A stretch of 32,766 nt of DNA from Jimgerdemannia flammicorona (Eukaryota): NCBI GenBank assembly GCA_003990765.1, contig RBNJ01000336.1:1-32766 (forward strand). Reading direction: 5' to 3'. The notes beneath the pieces are model-generated. The model was not told the origin of the DNA. It was given only the letters and a program-made list of their open reading frames with translations, and did no database searches. Below, piece after piece: positions 1-12,054 of the stretch. Positions within the stretch are counted from its first letter, which is position 1. Every line of letters starts with the position of its first letter. A program made the translations under genes and the position numbers.

Positions 1-3000
1 CCCCCCCCCTACCTCTTCTCGATAAAAGATCACTTTATCAAACACCATCTCCACCTGCCCACCACTCTATTTACAGATCCCTTCCACCAGACAGCAATGT
101 TGCCCACCTTGGGGTCCCCATCCAACCCACTACCCAGTCAGCAGATCCTCCACCAACTCCTCCTATCTTAACAACTTCTCCTATATCTCTATCTGTTACC
201 CTTCCTCAAAAACAAAGAGCCAATATCCAGTCAACTCCACCCATACTGCCATAACTCACCCTAGAGTAAGCCACCTATTGCTGATACCTTCCATAAGTCT
301 AGATTCCAAATCTTCCCAGTGACCTCTCTCTCCCTCTGGTCTCCTTTCAACCCCTAGCCAGTCCTCTATAGCTATCCAAAAGTCCCCCAGTACATCACAT
401 TCTCCTAGCCAATGTTCTGGCATTTGTACAAATCCCCCAGCTTGCCCAACATTATAACACTCCTCACAATCCAGCTGACTACTATCCACCAGATGCCCAG
501 CATGGAAATTCAACATAACATTCCTTCACAATATTCACCACCACACTACCCAGAACTTAGCAGGAATCTACTACCATACCTCCATACTCCAAGACCAGAT
601 CCCTGCCCAGTCCCACTCCTCACCAATCCTCACTGCCTGCCAACTACTTGACCAAAGATCCTGGCCAATTTGCTGTTGACATTCCACTCCATCCTCAATA
701 TCAAACTCAGCAAGTGGAACTCTCCCTAGAAGCAGATGGTCCCATCTCCATATAGGTGGGCCCCATACTTCTCCCCCTCATTGCCACGCCAGTGCAGGCC
801 TATCTGGTGTGCTCCATCAACCACTCCCCACCAGAAGCCCTTATACCATAGCCATTGGCTTCCATTCAGACCCACCAAAGAGAGTAGATCCCCCGAGGAC
901 CCCCAGGGGGAGACTCTCATCTCCTACACCTTCTGCATCAGCAGTACCCAACCTCAACCCTGTAGATCAACAGCCCTTCTCAACCACCAAGCTCGCAGGC
1001 AGTGTAATCGCTTAGGGAAATCAACAAGGCTCTGGCCTCCCCTAAGCACTGGCTTGGCAAGGGTATCCCAACTGATCTGGGCCCTTTTACCTGCCCAAAT
1101 CCAATCTCTAGCCAGTTTCATCAGTCTCTTCACCATCCAAGCCGGAAAGTCTAAGTGATATACCACATACCACAGCTTGGAGAACCAGTAAACATTCAGA
1201 ATTGCCACCTGTCCCACCAGGGAGATGTGACGACCCCCCTAACCTTTTAGAGCCTCCCCCCAAATGTCCACCCTCCTCTCCCACCATATCTATAGCAGGA
1301 CTGATCCATATACAGAGAGGAAGATACCTAGATACTGCACCACCTCTCCTGTGGAGACAATTGTTCCAATGACATCCCCTCCCACTAGCCCATTCCCCAA
1401 CACCATCATCTCACACTTATGCCAGTTGAGCTTTGCTCCAGAGTGTGCCTCATACCACTCTACTGTTTCCCAAAGAGCCTCTACATCTGCTACTGATTCA
1501 AGTCCAACTACCATATCATCTGCAAAGGCCCCCTCCTTCCACTCCACAATATATACAGAGAGCCCTGCCACCCTCCTACAGATTCTATCCATCAAAGGTT
1601 CCAAGGAGAGTGCATAAAGGATAGGGGACAGCAGGTCCCCTTGAGGGACTTCTCTCCCCAAGGGAAATGCCAAACCCCTGTGACTATTACACATTAGCAC
1701 CACTCTACTCCCTTCCAACAAGCTCAACATAGAGGCCTGAAACTGTGGTGGAACACCAATTCTCTCCAGCACCTTGCCCAGCCAAATCCACTAAATATGG
1801 TCATAGGCCTTCTCCTGGTCCAAAAAAACCAGTCTACCATCCAGTCTGCAGGTCTGAGCTCCTTCAATAATGCCATGTACTCAGGCAGTTCCATCTCTAA
1901 TAAGTCTACCTCCTACAAAGCCCTGCTGCTCCTCACCCTACACCTGTTGAGCAACCTTCTGTAGCCTCCCAACAATCACCTTAGTTACCAACTTCCAATC
2001 CATATCCAGAAGCATGATTGGCCTGCAGTTCTTCCAATCCTTGTACCTGCCCTTATCTTTGTACAATAGGGCCACCAGCCCTAAGTTCTGCTCTCCAACC
2101 CACATGCTATTTAGAATAACATAGTCACAGAGGGCAGCCATCTCTCCCAGTATTCCAGGGACTTTTGCCATCTTCTTCCAGAAGTCCCACAGTAACCCAT
2201 CCTCCCCTGGTGCTGTCCTAAGCTTAGTTGCTGCCAGGACTCCTTGGATCTCCTCCTCCTGGACTGATAAGATGAAGTCACCCAGTCCCTCTACCTGTGG
2301 TGGCTCCCACTCCTCCAGCATGTCACCAATCGCCTCTGTATCAGTACCCCCTTCTTTCTTACTCCACAGACCCTACCAATTCTCCTTCAATACTCCCAGG
2401 ATCTGCTGTATACTATACACCAACTCTCCCTCAGCATCAAAGACCCCATCCTACCAGTGTCTCACCCACCTGGCTTTGAGGAGCCTAGACAAGTACCTAG
2501 TAGGCCGCTCCACCTCCTCAAGTCCCTGCCACCTTAGCCTGGCAGCCATTCCTCCCATATGAGTCTCCTCCTCCTCTCTCAACACCTGTTGCAGTTCCAC
2601 AACTTCCAATTACGCCCTCTATAATCTCCAATCCTCTACCTCATTAGACGTAAGCAAATCCGCCCACTCCAACTATAATCCCCTCAGCCTATTTGAAGTA
2701 CACCATACTTACCTCCTCCACTATCTCCCTGTCTCTCTATGAGCTCCACCCCAATAGACCCTCACAGCCTCCTTCAACCTCATTCAATGGATACCCACAG
2801 ACAAACCCTCCTGCCTCCAGAGAGGAACCTTTGCCTGGATATCCTCTACCCATAAGTCCTACAACCCCTACTCAGTCAGCAAGGAGGAGTTAGGGCACCA
2901 ATATCCGGATCTATCTCTACTCCCCCCAAACTGCCCCTGTCCAAACAGTTCCCAGTGATCATACCACAGATACCACACCACCTCCAAAGTCTTCCAGACA

Positions 3001-3625
3001 TCAGCACCCCAACATTTGGCTGTCAGAATCCAGTCAATCCACATCTCTAAGCCATTCACCCAGTGTGTATAGACCCTGGAGTCACCCCACCATGTTTGGC
3101 CCATATCTCCTAAGGAGCTAAGGTTTTCTACCTCCTCCCATTCATCTAGACCACCACTCCTCTCACCTGCATTCCTCCCTCCATCAGTTCTATCTAGCTG
3201 CAAATCTCGAACCATGTTAAAATCACCACCAAGAACATTAACCACTTCCTCCAAGAGAATACCCTCCTCCAGTAGCTCTTTAATCCATTCAATTCTCTCT
3301 CCCCTAGCTGCCGGACAGTAACAAGAGCCCACCCTCACTGATTCCCACCCTGGCTGGTGCCATTTACCCCAGACCAAGTGATCTCCCCAGTTCCTGATTC
3401 TCTCCAAATCTCCTCTACTCTTCTTTACCAGAATCACCACCTTTCCAAACCAAGTGGTAGCCCCACCCCATTTCTTAGTCCACTCTACCCAATCATTCTC
3501 ATTCTCATACTGTACATTCTGCAGTAAGAAAAGATCAGCCTCTAATCCCTTTAGCCATGTAAAAATGTTCTTATTCCACCCAGATCTCAAAGGTCATTCA
3601 CATTGAGAGAGAAAATGTTAGTTGT
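1..3625 (-). pseudogene. Family A ORF2: APE endonuclease + reverse transcriptase + C-terminal CCHC finger, disrupted
   Basis: APE motifs FSLNVN, DLFLLQ, YCPA, LGGDFN, IDWI, YDH. RT motifs APGEDGL, NCRPIMLLDMDWK, FLDQEKAYD, PQGDLLSPILYALSLEPL, AFADD, SGAKLNWHKC. C-x2-C..H-x4-C (CEEC...EHWLGEC) in ORF 256-516. Confidence 0.93.
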
Positions 3626-3665
3626 ACTATTTATAAGGAATATTGTTAAAGATTAAACTTCTCCT

Positions 3666-5692
3666 CTACAAATCCACACTCAAGTCCTCCTGTACCAAAT
3701 CCAAGATGTGTTCTACATCGAGTTCCTTCTTCTCAGCTTCCTGTATCTCCAACCCCCCCAGAAGTTCAACCATTGCCCCATCTTCTTTCTCCTCAAAGTC
3801 CTTCTGATACTCTACACAGGCCTCCTGCCAGAACTGCAAACCATGGCATTCTGCCTAACTGTAGGCAGCCCGCTCATCAGCAATGACCACCAGCTCTACC
3901 TTCCTCACCTCATCTACCTCATATCCCTCTTCTTCCAGTAAGATTGCAAGAATCTCTACCTTCAGCACCTCCACCACTCCATCATCTTGCAGAATCTGTG
4001 CCCAGTGCTCCTCTGGCATGACCCTCAGATCCACTTCCCCCAACACCTCAGCTGCAAGATTATCCATCATCTTGCTCATCCACAGCAGATTCCCAATCTT
4101 CTTCCCTCCAGGGGTCCCTGGCCACCCTATATCCAGCATCATAGTATCAGCACCTACACTGGCATTCTCATTCCACTCCTCCTCTGGGACATCTACCAGC
4201 TTGTCCTTACCAACTGCCACCACCTGGCCCCCTTTCGCCATATCTGGGACCCCAAAGGTAACTTGCTGGGCCCCCTGCATCAGTATATCCTCTGCCACCC
4301 CTCTCCACTCCACCGAGCCCCTCCTGACAAGTGGGGGGGGGGTGCTATCTGACTCCTTCTGCTAAACTTCAAAAGAACCATCTGTATAGGGATTCTTGCC
4401 CAGCACCTTTGCAGCCTATTCTTCTGTCACCACTGCCTCCTTTCCTCCTTCACTAGCCCATACACTGGCTTTGATGCCTCCAGACTCCTCCACTCCATCT
4501 ACCTTCCTCATCTCACCTCCTGTCATACTTACCAAGAGCTCTCTCTGCCTCAAGCACCCCTGGGCCCACTCCCACTGCCTCTTATCACTGCGGATACACT
4601 TCCTCTCTACAATCTCCAGGTACGTTGACTCCTCATAGAGCTTCCAGGCCTTTGCCTGCCATTCCACCACTCCACTCATCTCCTCTAATGCTTCCAACAA
4701 GTCCTCCACCTCCTCCTCATTCCCCTTTACCTTCAACACTTTACAAACAAAAGCCTCCCACATCAACACTGTGGGCCAGTCACCTGCCTTCCCTGTAGCC
4801 TCTCTCCCTGCCAGCCAAATCCTGATATCAACATCATCTATTGTAATCATCATCCCCTCTCACACCTGGAAGCCAATATCTACCACATCCCCATACTCAG
4901 CCATGACCTCCTCTACCCTCCTCCTCATCTCCTCTTTTATCACTGTAGGTACCCCCTTCACTAGCAGCTGTACCACCCTGGGGTCCCACCTCAAACAGCA
5001 CACTATTGTGACCACCATCTCTCCAAATGCCACTCCAGCCCTCAGAGTCTCTTCTAGTGGGCCCACCTCCTCAAAGCCCACCTCAACTCCCTTCAAACCC
5101 TTCAGGAATTTCACTGAAGCCATTCCAGCCACCTGCTTTGAGATAAGCCCCAAGACCATCCTCGCCATCACTCTTAAGCCTTTGAAGCATAGTGTCACTG
5201 CAAACTCCAAGATCAATTTCTTGAGTAATGGCACTACTGCCAGCCCCATTACACCATCAGCCAGGTCTCTCTTCTGCATCGGGAACCCCTGCACCACTCT
5301 ACCATCAGCCATCACATCTCTTTTTTTTTCCTGATCCTCCATCACACTCCTATCAATAGTCACACCCCCAGCCACAGCACCATCAGCCCCTATGCTCACT
5401 GCTCCCTCTGAGGGCCACTCTCCCTCCTGACACTAGCCTTGTCCTTCCCCTCAGTAGTGCCAGCCCTGGTTTCAGTAGGCCATCCACCTGCCTTCACCTT
5501 GTCAGTAAAGCTGGAGAGACCAGACCTTCCCCCAGATCCACTAGACACCAGTCCATCTCCAGAGCCTTCTCCCACCTTTGACCCTCCAAAAGCCCCCATC
5601 TCCAATCCAAAATCTCTCCCCACCTGCTGCTAGCCAAAAGCCCCAGATCCACCCAACCCAGTATGCCCATCAGAACTCTTGCTTGATGACAT
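3666..5692 (-). pseudogene. Family A ORF1 (putative RNA-binding/chaperone protein), disrupted
   Basis: ATG at 5692 (MSSSKSSDGHTG) is homologous to A2 MSLSKSSNGHTG. ORF fragments 5396-5623, 4860-5399, 4416-4853 and 3855-4313 match A2 fragments. Lies immediately upstream of APE-RT; stop TAG at 3666-3668. Confidence 0.8.
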
Positions 5693-5777
5693 TCTTATAA
5701 TATCTTTTCTCCGAGTTATGTTGGAAACTGTTGTCTGAAGTTTGTGTAATATGAATAGTATAGGAGAAAAGAGCATG

Positions 5778-7450
5778 CAGGGCTCTCTCCTCTCCCCTTA
5801 GCTTTTTGATGTCTTTATCGACCCCCTTGCCGCCTCCTTTGTTAATCAGTTCAAGGAGTACAACTTCTCCCTCAGGCTCTTCTTTGCTGATGATATCGCT
5901 CTCACCCCACGCACTACCATGGAAGGGCAGAGGATGATTGACTTTTGTGAGAATTGGTTTCTGGTAAATGGTATAGAGCTCAACCCCAAGAAGTGCAGTT
6001 ATGTTGGCCCTGCTGACTGTACTGTGCAGATTAGGGGTGAGCCATGCCCCTGACCCCCCTCCTACATGTATCTGGGCATGTCGTATACCAACAAAGGGTT
6101 TGATTTTGTCAGCCTCGCATTGTAGAATGCAGTAAAGACAGAGTGAACTCTTGGGTTCTGCTGTGCCCATGGTCCCCTCTGGTCACCAATGGTCAAGCTG
6201 GCCATCATATGGACATTTATTAGGCCTCAGCTAGAGTATGGCCTCTCCCTTCTATAAGCCTCCTGCCCAGCAACTACTATGGGGCTTCAGTTATTGAAGT
6301 GTCCCGAACAGATCTTTGAAGATGCTGTTGCTTGGGTGGTCAGATTTTCTGACTGTCCCTTGCTTGGCAGTTCAATTCTTGGCCTCCCTTCCTTCCTTTA
6401 TCATATTTCAGACCTCTGCTGCATGTTCTAAGCCCATCTGGATTGGTGTAGTAAGTCCAGCAACAACCCCATCAGTCCCCTTAGTGAGCACTTTATCATG
6501 CATCCCTCGGGTTCAATCATTGACAAGTTCTGGTGTTGGACCTCTTGGCTTGACTTTCTCAACTAGTACTGGGACCTCTATCCCTAGGTCCACAAGACTC
6601 ACTAACTCTACTCCTTCCTCCAGTCTTTCCTTCAGGATTAACTACTTCAGGAATGGGCTTCCTCCTCTCCGGCTCTCATTCAGTATATCACCCCAAAGGC
6701 TGCTTGTGGTTGCAGGGTACCAATCATATCCTCTCCTTCCCCCCCCAGCTTACGTGCTCTGCCCTTGCCTGGTGCTATGACTATTTTGGCCAACCCCACC
6801 CCTGCCTCTGTGGAGATAAGTTTTATTGTGGCCATCTCCTCAGGTGCAGTCTTCTTACTAGTTCATATTCCACATTCCGAGATACTTCTGATTGAGATGA
6901 ATAACTCGATTGGTTTACCAGTGATGAATGGTAGGAGGAACTTTATGTCTACCTTCTTCATATTCTTCATGAGACAGCCTATCACACTATCAACACCATA
7001 TATAATTCTGGTGGCTATCTCGCAGTTGGGTTCTACCTGACCGAGATTACCAAGATGCTTGGGTGATCAAGCGATCGCATATTTTATTTATTCTCTTCTC
7101 TCCCCTCATTTGCCTCAGTTGGTTCCCTTGTTGTTGAGAGTGCATTGAGTTACTCATCTCATATTAGTCATTTGGTATTTGGGTGTCGATATGGTTCCTA
7201 TAGTTGATATTGGGCATTTGTATATTTTACTTAGTTTCTCTCTTTTTTGCTTCTCTGCATTTTATTATCTTTACAGCTATGATAAAATGGTTTTATTCAG
7301 TCCATCTATAGGGTGGACATCTCTCTGGCCTTTGTTTTGTACTTCTTAGCTAGTTGTTTACTTCACTGGTCTGGTTTTGCTTTTCTCATCTTAGGAGTCT
7401 TTGCTGTTTGTTGCTCTGATATACTACAATGAATAAATCCTTACTTAAAG
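5778..7450 (+). mobile_element. Family B non-LTR retrotransposon copy B1, 5'-truncated inside RT
   Basis: Begins at cagggctctctcctctcccct (QGSLLSP), followed by LFFADDIAL and the C-terminal Cys/His region; ORF2 stop at 7064-7066. The T-rich 3' UTR ending aatgaataaatccttacttaaag is colinear with B2 and B3. Confidence 0.9.
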
Positions 7451-7460
7451 CCTAATCTAA
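7451..7460 (+). repeat. Degenerate telomere-type repeat (cctaa tctaa) at the B1/B2 junction
   Basis: Same position relative to the B 3' end as the perfect CCCTAA tract at 19532-19548. Confidence 0.6.
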
Positions 7461-7671
7461 GCCACTCACATGATTTCCCATTCAGCTAGACTTGGCTTTA
7501 TAGCCCGAAGCTATTCTAAATTAGGAAATCAGTCACTTTGATTAGCTAAGCCTCTCATCAGGTATAAATACCCCTTTCTTCATTATTTTTTCATTGTATA
7601 AACAAAGGTCATGTGACCCATATTTCTCAATTTCACAAATAAAAACAAATACACCTCTACCTATTTCGGCA
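7461..7671 (+). promoter_or_regulatory. Family B 5' UTR with TATAAATA box and two E-box-like sites (TCACATGA, GGTCATGTGACC)
   Basis: Motifs at about 7466, 7563 and 7607 are all retained in B3 (about 14403, 14500, 14545). Function is inferred. Confidence 0.45.
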
Positions 7672-10376
7672 ATGTCGGTCACCTCCACCATTATAGGTGA
7701 TGATAGCAATGCCACCCATCTCTTCACATGCTTCGGCACCTCGCTCCACTGTACTGAATGTCACGGCATCGGTCTTCTTTCCCTCAGCTTCAGTGAGAGT
7801 AGCCTTATGGTGATGTGTAGGTTGTACAGGGATGTATGACTAATATCAGCATATTTATCTTCCTTGTATGATGCGGAAGATGACAAAGAGATCATGATCT
7901 CTTCTGATTTGGACCATGAAGCTCAGTGCACTCCCTTCTCTCCCATGCCCCCGCCCCTCAATCACAATAGGCACAGTTGTCTGAACACTAGTTTGGGCAT
8001 GACCCTGACTGCTAGTTGTGTGGACCCCTCAGCTGATCCTGATCTAATCATAGAGATAGCCATGATGAGAATGCAGATCTTGGATCTACTGACTCAAGTG
8101 GCCAAACTGGCCAAGATCAATACCCAGCTGATGGCACAGCTTGCTGCACAATCTACACCCACCACCCTCTCATCATCTGGTGCTCTTTCAGGAAGTACCC
8201 CCACTGCCTCTTCCACATCCACCCCACTCAAGTCCTCAGCCCCCCCTCCTACTGGTCCTGCTACCAACATGTGGTTGAAGGCCCAGAAGTGAGTGGATAA
8301 GCAGGCCACTAAAGCTACCATGTCACAGTCAGGTGTGCTGTCAAAGGAGGTAACTCATTTTTTTTTTTTTGTTTAACGGACTCTATGTCCTGCAGATTTT
8401 TATTGGAAGGGAATCTAGACTATATAGGCCAAAACCCTCCCCCACTACCCATCAAGTACTGCCCCCTCATTAACCTAGACTAGCTATTGTCCAGCAGCTT
8501 GACCATGCCAGGCGCAGTAGGGCAAAGGAGCCCAAACCTCATTCTGTACACCATGCTCTCCCTACTACCAGGGGAAAACCCAGCCATATGCCAATGACTA
8601 AAAGCGCATGCCCGAGAACCCAACGTATGCACAAGGCCATGCCCGAGCTGAATAGAATAGCCTCTGCCACCTCAAAGAGAATGACAGGCAAAGAAAAAAC
8701 CCTCATCAAAGTACAACATGGTGGGTAGGGCCTGGTTCTCCCAGTCAAGGTGAGTAGAGGACTTACATATGAGGTGGGAGGAGACCCCAATACCCCACTA
8801 CTCAAGCCTGCGGGCCTCGATCACATTGCCGTGTCAGCTCCCAGTTCCAGTTGAGTGCAGCCAAGATGCCTGAAATGGGTAGCCTTGGGCCTCCCGACCC
8901 CCCACAATGACCAGGGCTCAACCCCACGAATCACCAAAAGACGCTGAGAGTGACACCTACCACCTAACTATACTGCACTAATCAAAAGGCCCCACCAAAG
9001 CAGCACCCGCCCCAGCCCTGATGACCGCCCCTAGCCTGGTACCCTACTGGTTCACCATAATTGCCCTTCCTCCTATCTATGATGGCCATCTCTTCTTCCA
9101 TCCCAACAACACCTGAAAAACAGTCACCTACGCCAGAACTATGCTCGCCGAGAAGCTCACCAAAGCCAGAGGGCCCCACCACAGGCACCAAGGACCTGCA
9201 GGTAACCTAAACTGAGCACTTGATGCCCAAGGTCAGCCAACTCCCTATGTAGCCCGAGACACACCAAGACAACTCCTTGTTAGCAATGGCAAAAGGAAGA
9301 AGGCACCACACCAAAACAGGTACACCCAGATGTAGCTGAAGGCACCAGAATCTATGAAAAAGTAGAGGAAGCACCGATCCGATACCGATAAAGGGGCAAC
9401 TCATCACCATTGCTCTCCTCCCACTATGCCCCTATAGGCACAGCAAACCAACCTGAGGTAGAGGGGGTAATAATAGGGGAAAGGGAACTTGGAAGGTCGC
9501 CAACCAAACCTTGTGACCGGTAAGGTAGCAGAGAAAGGAGCTATTTGACAAAGGAGGTAACTCCCATGGCCACACCTCCAGCTACCAAAGCTGCACCCCC
9601 TAAAAAGGGTAAGGCCAAGGCCCCCAGACCAGTGCCCCAGGTTATGCCTGTGGGACCCAGTGTCACTGGTCTGTCTTCATCCCCTGCTTTGACCCCACCC
9701 CCCCCAAATTATATGCTGCCACTGCCAAGAAGATCTCTATCAAGGATAGGACACAGGCCTTCTCTAAGATGGAAAGAGCAGCTGCCGCTGCCACCCTTTC
9801 ACACATGACTCACAAGCTGACCTTTCATTTATCACCAACTGAGAAGCACACTAGGCTGCAGGGCATTTACATCAACAGATTTGCCCATCTTAAGATCAGG
9901 CAGATCTGGAAGAATTTTACGATGTCCATGTGATGTTGTCAAAAGTTCTCAATATATTGTATGTCTCGGCATCGACCATCGAATTCCTTCTCTACTCTGA
10001 TTATATCACAGCATTCTAAAAAAAGATGAAGGTACTTAGATTCTTGGTACTGATGGCCTGGGACCCTGCACTCCCCTGCAACAAGAATATCATGGAGGCT
10101 GTAAAGACATGGGTACTCCAATTATTCCACGCTCAGGTCCAGCAGCTGGCTAGCAATTCTACTGCAAAGAGGCCTGAGGTGCAGACCTTCTACAGAGCTT
10201 GGGCTGTGGAACTCAGCCTCACTCACCCCTCCCCCACCTCTCCATTGACTGGCTCTGCTTCGAAGGCAGGTGGTACTGTAGCTGTGACTAGTGAGATGGT
10301 GATATATTTGGAAGCCAAAGCTTCCTCCTCAGGTGCTTCCCAAGCTGTTGGCACTAATGCACCCAGCCCACAATGA
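7672..10376 (+). pseudogene. Family B ORF1 (copy B2), interrupted by the 8357-9548 insertion
   Basis: ATG 7672 is in frame with ORF 7864-8292 across a TGA (likely ex-CGA). Homologous to B3 ORF1. Ends PSPQ* at 10374-10376. Confidence 0.8.
8357..9548 (-). mobile_element. 1.19-kb poly(A)-tailed insertion carrying the family A 3' terminus (A3), 15-bp TSD
   Basis: T13 tract at 8358-8370 with AATAAA on the minus strand (8399-8404). TSD caaaggaggtaactc at 8342-8356 and 9549-9563, present once in B3 near 15280. The terminal ~190 bp match 31125-31309. Confidence 0.9.
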
Positions 10377-11379
10377 GAGTCAGGTTCCTCAATGTACACA
10401 GACTACTACAGGACAAGTTCGATATACTCAGTCAGTTGATTCATCCTGCCCTTGACATTTTTTTCATATATGAACCATGGCACATTCTGCTGCATCCCTC
10501 TCTGCTTATTCATATTTCCTCTCCTCCGGCATCACACAGGATCATGAGTCACCAGAATGGTTCTCTTGTGGTCCTTGTATCAAACCATTTCGCCCCCCTT
10601 ATTTCCAGGTTCTCTGCTGACTCCTTCCATATCTGGCTCATATTCCAGAGTCTGGCTTTAGTCGGTATTTACACCCCCCCCTCTCTCCCTATTGGTGGCT
10701 TCTATGATCTTGTTTCTGATCCCTTTCTGAGTAAGGCTCTTCTGATCAGTGACATCAATCCCCACTTTGGTGCCTACCTTAGTGATGTCAACTCTGGTTC
10801 TTGGGATTGGCTGGATGTTATCGACACCTCCTTAGTGATGTGATCATTGAACCACCTGACCCCGGTGGCTGGCTCTACATGTATTGATCATGCATTCACC
10901 ACTATATCCCTCTATGCATCTCTCACCTGCACCACTCCCCCTGTTGCCACTGACCACCCTTTCCTCCTTATCATCTCCTTTCTCTTCTCCCCCTCATCAG
11001 TTGCTGCCTTGGCTACTGTCTGCCATTACTCTGCGAAATACCTGACTGATCCAGTCATCCAAGCCCATCTTCAGGAATCAGTGGATATCATTTGCGATAC
11101 TATTGTCAGATCCATCTACTCTATTCGGGACCACATCACTGGCTTTCACTCTGTGGAAGATCACCAGCAGTTTGTAGATTCTCTCGATGCCCTTTTGACC
11201 TCTGGTCTACAGTCAGTTTGTGAGGACATTCTTGGCTCATATAACACAAGAGAAATTAGAGTGGCACTGCTCCCTCGGTGGGACCTTCTTCACAGTGCAT
11301 CATCGATTTCTGATTCTATTTGTGGCTTCAAGTATGCATACTGCTCCACCCCCCCCACTCCTCTCCAATCTCACTCCTC

Positions 11380-12054
11380 CCATCTTTGAGGATTTTGATT
11401 CATTTACAACAATGCTATGCTGCCCACTAGGATCATCAACAAGAATGCACAACAAGATTCCCCGTACCCATGCAACAACTATACCATGATCATCCCACAC
11501 CTTGATCATGGATCCAAGGAATTCTGAAAGATTTGGGCATAGGACTTCGAAATTGCCTGCACAAACTTGAGCATTTGGTCGCAGACCTTGTCTTGGTTTG
11601 CTTTCATTTTATTGATATCATTTATTCCTTGTGTGAACTGTTCTGCCATTTTGGAGAATCGCTGTTCCATGAGAGTGTGAACAATTTCTTTGATCTCCTC
11701 CACGCATTGTTTCATCTGTGAGAACAGAGAGTCCATCTGCACCTACACATTGTTATAATGATCTTGAAGCTTCTCCTGCAGCGGGAGTTGATTGAATGGT
11801 GCCAGTGGGCCCAGGCCCAGGCCTGCCGACTGAGTATCTTCTCCGTGGGCCTCGTCTTGATCATTACTGTCTCCTCCAGTAAGGTTCGCACTATCATTTG
11901 GGTTGGAGTCCATGAGTTTGCCTGGTGTAGAGCCGGTTTGAGAAGAGGTTGTTGATTGATGTGTTGACATAGAGTCAGGAGTGTTGTATACTAGTTAGTC
12001 ATTGTTGATGCTGGTCATTGACACCATGGTTCATATTGAAGGGGAACCAGTCCG
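11380..12054 (-). mobile_element. 675-bp orphan insertion with 16-bp TSD (retrocopy or non-autonomous element)
   Basis: TSD tccaatctcactcctc at 11364-11379 and 12055-12070. Absent from the equivalent B3 site near 17085-17100. No poly(A) or terminal inverted repeats seen. Confidence 0.85.
11506..11970 (-). pseudogene. 154-codon ORF (S/T/D-rich N-terminus, coiled-coil-like C-terminus) with one in-frame TAG
   Basis: ORFs 11743-11970 and 11506-11742 are contiguous and in frame, separated by a single TAG (plausibly ex-CAG). The ORF fills most of the insert. Product not recognised. Confidence 0.65.

Larger units (their letters stand above)
1..5772 (-). mobile_element. L1/Tx1-like non-LTR retrotransposon, family A copy A1 (decayed; 3' end runs off the window)
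   Basis: Minus strand shows a short 5' UTR, ORF1, then ORF2 with APE, RT and CCHC motifs. Colinear by eye with the plus-strand copy at 25421-31132; the two 5' ends match (ctcttttctcctatactattcat vs cctttctcctgtaaaattcac). Confidence 0.93.

Noticed and set aside
412..5633. Numerous plus-strand S/P/T-rich ORFs (e.g. 736-1158, 3883-4365, 4771-5334)
   Set aside because: Antisense shadows of the purine-rich family A coding strand, with no independent motifs.
5670..6170. 166-aa minus-strand ORF
   Set aside because: It spans the A1/B1 junction (antisense B RT plus A 5' UTR) and is a chance chimera.
7461..7560. Possible self-cleaving ribozyme at the B 5' end (tgatttcc/ggaaatca stem, ggct/agcc hairpin)
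   Set aside because: I could not build an HDV or hammerhead core, and the outer stem is poorly kept in B3; a covariance-model search on the consensus is needed.
11506..11742. Resemblance of the orphan ORF to HSBP1-like coiled coils
   Set aside because: Only generic heptad similarity by eye, not enough to name it.
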